The translations under genes were made by a program, and so were the position numbers. From Gammaproteobacteria bacterium (lineage in GTDB: Bacteria > Pseudomonadota > Gammaproteobacteria > Steroidobacterales > Woeseiaceae): DNA of 64,000 nucleotides. Below the pieces are notes generated by a model, which searched no databases, had not been told where the DNA came from, and worked only from the letters and a program-made list of their open reading frames with translations. Shown here one piece after another: positions 60,786 to 64,000 of this stretch (position 1 is its first letter; each line of letters opens with the position of its first letter). The DNA lies in assembly GCA_018699395.1 (NCBI GenBank), contig JABIQN010000001.1, positions 3,678 through 67,677 of the forward strand, read 5' to 3'.

Positions 60786-62138
60786 CTATAAAGTGTTGAT
60801 GTAAGCGAGGATGTCATTAATCGCTTGTTCGTCGTTTAATGTCTGACTAAACAGTCCCATCTGATAACCGTAATAGTCCTTCTTGTGAGAGCCTCGCACG
60901 CCATCCTTCCAGTTCTGCAGCTGACGTTTCATGTACCAATCCGAAAGACCGGCTAAACGCGGTGCGTTCGTCGCTTGCACACCCATACCATCACGACCAT
61001 GACAATAAGCACATACAGCATATATATCCTGGCCGCGTTCTATGTCCCCATCAATGGTTGACAAAACTGGACTGTCAGGAAGCGTATTTATATAAGCGAC
61101 TACATTGTCGACAGCGGCTTCGTTCACCAAGGTCATGACCATGGCAGTCATCTGCCGTCCAAACATATCCTTCTCATGCGTACCACGAAGTCCCGTCTTG
61201 TAGTTCATCAGTTGGCGCTTCAGATACCAATCCGACTGGCCCGCGAGCTTGGGAGCATTCAAATCTAAGTTGCCTGCACCTTGTGTGCCATGGCAAGCGG
61301 CGCAGGGGGCATATTGCGCTGCCCCTACCACTGCATTACCTGCTGGTCTTGACATGAGTTCACTGAAGGTCGGTTGGGCCGCCAACCATGAGTCAAAGTC
61401 TTCCTGTTCATCAACAACAATAGCGCCGCGCATAGCGAAATGCCCAACGCCGCAAAGTTCTTCGCAGAGCAGTTCGAAACGACCGGTCCTGGTTGGCGTT
61501 AACCACATGAACGTGTTCATACCCGGCACCAGATCCATCTTCACGCGGAACTGTGCAACGGTAAAATTGTGCAATACATCTTTCGAGCGCAGCAAGAATT
61601 TCACAGGCCGATCAATCGGAATATGTCCCTCAGCATTGTAGACAACTACGTCATCTTGGCCATTCGGATCTTCTGGATCGATTCCAAACGGGTTTTCTTG
61701 TGAAATTCGTTCGGCATCTACCTCACCAAGCTTGCCGTCCTCACCCGGGTAACGATAAGTCCAATGCCATTGCTGCCCCACCGCCTCTACGATATGAGCG
61801 TCCGCTGGAACGTCGACAAACTTAGCCCAGACGAATAGTCCGGGTGTCAGCATCGCAGCGATGAGGATTGAGGTCACACCGGTTAGCCAATATTCGAGTT
61901 TCTTATTTTCGGGCTCATAGTTTGCTTTTGCGCCCTTTTTGTAACGGTATTTTATAACGCAATACGCCATGAATAAATTTACAACGACGAAGACGAAGCC
62001 AGTAACGACGAAGGTAATGTCGATGGTTAAGTCCACCATCTCCCAGTTGGAAGCCAACTCGGTAAAATTCCATGGACTTAGGAAGTGAAATAGAAGAGAA
62101 CCGACTACGAGTAAAATTAAGACAACAGCGAAAGGCAT
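60786..62138 (-). CDS. coxB: Cytochrome c oxidase subunit II fused to a C-terminal dihaem cytochrome c
   Basis: Two N-terminal TMs, CuA motif CEELCGVGHFAM, then two CxxCH sites (CAACHG and CAYCHG). Confidence 0.9.
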   Translation of the reverse strand: MPFAVVLILLVVGSLLFHFLSPWNFTELASNWEMVDLTIDITFVVTGFVFVVVNLFMAYCVIKYRYKKGAKANYEPENKKLEYWLTGVTSILIAAMLTPGLFVWAKFVDVPADAHIVEAVGQQWHWTYRYPGEDGKLGEVDAERISQENPFGIDPEDPNGQDDVVVYNAEGHIPIDRPVKFLLRSKDVLHNFTVAQFRVKMDLVPGMNTFMWLTPTRTGRFELLCEELCGVGHFAMRGAIVVDEQEDFDSWLAAQPTFSELMSRPAGNAVVGAAQYAPCAACHGTQGAGNLDLNAPKLAGQSDWYLKRQLMNYKTGLRGTHEKDMFGRQMTAMVMTLVNEAAVDNVVAYINTLPDSPVLSTIDGDIERGQDIYAVCAYCHGRDGMGVQATNAPRLAGLSDWYMKRQLQNWKDGVRGSHKKDYYGYQMGLFSQTLNDEQAINDILAYINTL

Positions 62139-62372
62139 ACTTCATGGATCCTTTAGAGGGTCGTGCAATTTATGAACCGGAGATCCTGTGAGGCACCCCC
62201 GATATTCTTAACATTCTTCAGTTTTTGTTGTTGCTAAGTTCCGATTTTAACTGCTTATTCTCTTCTAAGTAAACAATGAGAATCCTATATAAACCGTACG
62301 AACTAAATCTGGCGAAAGAGGATAGTGGAATCAGTGTGTATTTTCCACATATTGGCTGCATTTCATTGGGTT

Positions 62373-63800
62373 TTATTTCTGATTTCTCTGGCTAGTCAAC
62401 CAGCTCATGCCGCAGGTCAAAGCCGCACCGACAGTAAATCCAGGAATCGCCTCATAGAGTCCGTAGTAATCCGCCTTGAACCAGACAAGCCAAGCAGCAC
62501 TCGCCACAAACCCCCCAAGCATTCCGGACACGACGCCTTCCCAAGTGATGCGTTTATAGTAAAGAATACCAATAATGACCGGACCGAAGGCGGACCCAAG
62601 GCCAGACCAGGACGCCAGAACAAAGTCGAATATGACGCGTGGCTCCTGAATGCCGAGTATAACGGCGACCGCCCCGATGATAATCGTTATATATTTGCCA
62701 TGAGTCGACAGCGACTCATCGCTCTTCGTCGATCCCATAATCTTTTGATATGTATCCCGAACAACCGATGACGAGGCAAGCAACAGCAATGAGTCGACTG
62801 TCGACATAATCGCCGACAAAACAACCAGCAGCAGCATGCCCGAAATAACCTCGGGGAAAAGATTATTCGACAGCACAGGGAATATGGTCTCCGAGTCTTC
62901 AAGCCCCGGGAACAAAGCGCGGCCCACTACCCCGGCTGTCACAGCACCAAAAGTGAAAATCAACGCCATTGACAAGGAAGCGACCCTGGCCTTTCTTATC
63001 TCGCCATCGTCGCGCGCCGACATAAAGCGCGTTAACAGCTGCGGCACGCCGAGGAACGGCAGACCAATCGCGAGGAGGCTCACGACAGCGATCAACGCCG
63101 GTTTACCCCCATCTGAAAAAGCAAACATATTGACGAGCGATGGATCCTGCAACGCCAGATTGCTTTGCACTTCCCCCCAACCGCCGGATGCATAAATCGC
63201 CGCCGCGGGTACAGCAGTAAGGCCCAGCAGCATGAGTACACCTTGTACGACATCGGTATAAGACACCGCCTTGTATCCACCGACGAATGTGTAGCCGATG
63301 ATAAATATTGACCCCAGAATGACCCCAGTCGCGTACTCCATTCCGAGGAAGCTGCTGAACGCCTTACCCGTCGCGACCATTTGTGCCGTGACATAAGCGG
63401 TGACCATTACAAGGATAATCACGACAGCGATTCCGCGTATCAGGTGCCACTTGTCCTGGAATTTCGCAGCCAAAACGTCGGGTATCGTTATCGCGTCGAC
63501 CTCGTCACCAAACTTCTTTAGTCGCCTCGCGACAACCCACCACGCCGCAGCGATGCCAAGAACCTCACCAACAACAACCCAATAAGCTTGTATACCGACC
63601 GCGTATCCCATACCCGATAAACCGAGCAGTAGCCAGCCGCTCTCACCGGTCGCGTTGGTACTAAACGCCACTACCCAGTACGGCAGCTTCTTGCCCGCCA
63701 GATAATACCCAGCCAGCGTGTGCGTCTCACGACGACTCCAAATGGCCAACCCTGCGAGAATAGCCAGATATACGATGAGTACGATAATGGTTGTTGGCAT
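62373..63800 (-). CDS. Sodium:solute symporter (SSS) family transporter, PutP-like
   Basis: 475-aa polytopic protein with an SSS-type N-terminus (YYLAGKKLPYWVVAFSTNATGESGWLLLGLSG). Confidence 0.8.
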   Translation of the reverse strand: MPTTIIVLIVYLAILAGLAIWSRRETHTLAGYYLAGKKLPYWVVAFSTNATGESGWLLLGLSGMGYAVGIQAYWVVVGEVLGIAAAWWVVARRLKKFGDEVDAITIPDVLAAKFQDKWHLIRGIAVVIILVMVTAYVTAQMVATGKAFSSFLGMEYATGVILGSIFIIGYTFVGGYKAVSYTDVVQGVLMLLGLTAVPAAAIYASGGWGEVQSNLALQDPSLVNMFAFSDGGKPALIAVVSLLAIGLPFLGVPQLLTRFMSARDDGEIRKARVASLSMALIFTFGAVTAGVVGRALFPGLEDSETIFPVLSNNLFPEVISGMLLLVVLSAIMSTVDSLLLLASSSVVRDTYQKIMGSTKSDESLSTHGKYITIIIGAVAVILGIQEPRVIFDFVLASWSGLGSAFGPVIIGILYYKRITWEGVVSGMLGGFVASAAWLVWFKADYYGLYEAIPGFTVGAALTCGMSWLTSQRNQK

Positions 63801-63834
63801 GTTTTCGCCTGCTCAGTGAAAAAGCTGTTCGGCA

Positions 63835-64000
63835 TTACCTACCGCGAGTTATTCGACCTGCGATGATTCCTGCGATCATTAAGAACAATCCCATGCCAAG
63901 CAGATACTCGGGATACGTGCGTGTAATTCCGCAGTAGTAAATTCCAAAGATTGCGACGGCCTGAAAAACATTAATGAAATTATTTTCCCGCCGGGTTGCT
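63835..64000 (-). CDS. C-terminal end of a membrane protein running off the window edge
   Basis: The minus frame is open from the window edge to the TAA at 63837-63835: ...NFINVFQAVAIFGIYYCGITRTYPEYLLGMGLFLMIAGIIAGRITRGR. It ends 34 nt upstream of the symporter start and could be a small SSS-associated subunit. Confidence 0.35.
   Translation of the reverse strand, partial: ATRRENNFINVFQAVAIFGIYYCGITRTYPEYLLGMGLFLMIAGIIAGRITRGR

Noticed and set aside
62325-62771. Plus-strand 148-aa ORF.
   Set aside because: It is almost entirely antisense to the well-supported SSS transporter and its composition is non-protein-like.

Overview
Gene-dense, chromosome-like window with about 62 CDS and many 1-4 nt start/stop overlaps. 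It looks like a streamlined marine gammaproteobacterium; that is inferred from E. coli-like CysQ, PlsB, DeoD and AspC/TyrB N-termini and from gene content. I found no rRNA, tRNA, CRISPR array, transposase, integrase, phage gene or recognisable defence system, and no recognisable transcription factor. Left to right: cysQ (cut by the window edge), DUF465, a fossil RND-pump C-terminus, trhO, plsB, an acidic repeat lipoprotein, a hydrolase, an M48 peptidase, sohB-lipA and a coiled-coil OmpA-family protein. Then HAD, gloA and a complete MoxR/DUF58/DUF4381/BatA/BatB-C/BatD operon (11.5-18.5 kb), followed by nagB, DUF192 and an aminotransferase. Next is a 650-bp non-annotated gap, then NAD-linked formate dehydrogenase fdhD-fdsGBA (22.1-27.9 kb), a SYLF protein and sorAB-like sulfite dehydrogenase. 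After that: an MFS pump, two head-to-head phosphoribosyltransferase paralogs with coupled partner genes, monomeric icd and an orphan xdhC. An ~18-kb nucleoside/deoxynucleoside catabolic supercluster spans 39.1-57.2 kb (adenosine-kinase-like, ALDH pair, deoC, deoD, bup, NCS1, hydA, preTA, cdd, nupC, deoA, an exported amidohydrolase, deoB). The window ends with a coxMNOP-like haem-copper oxidase operon and a sodium:solute symporter. I see no clear-cut novel multi-gene system. The best leads are a catalytic-domain-less ALDH paralog coupled to a full ALDH beside deoC, a lipoprotein-signal-bearing MtaD-family deaminase, and an in-frame-TGA lipoprotein ORF in front of deoB. Others are a micro-ORF replacing fdsD, a self-contained small-ORF/RNA unit in the 650-bp gap, and two perfect in-frame tandem repeats. 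All functional calls come from reading the translations and recalling family motifs; no database search was run.
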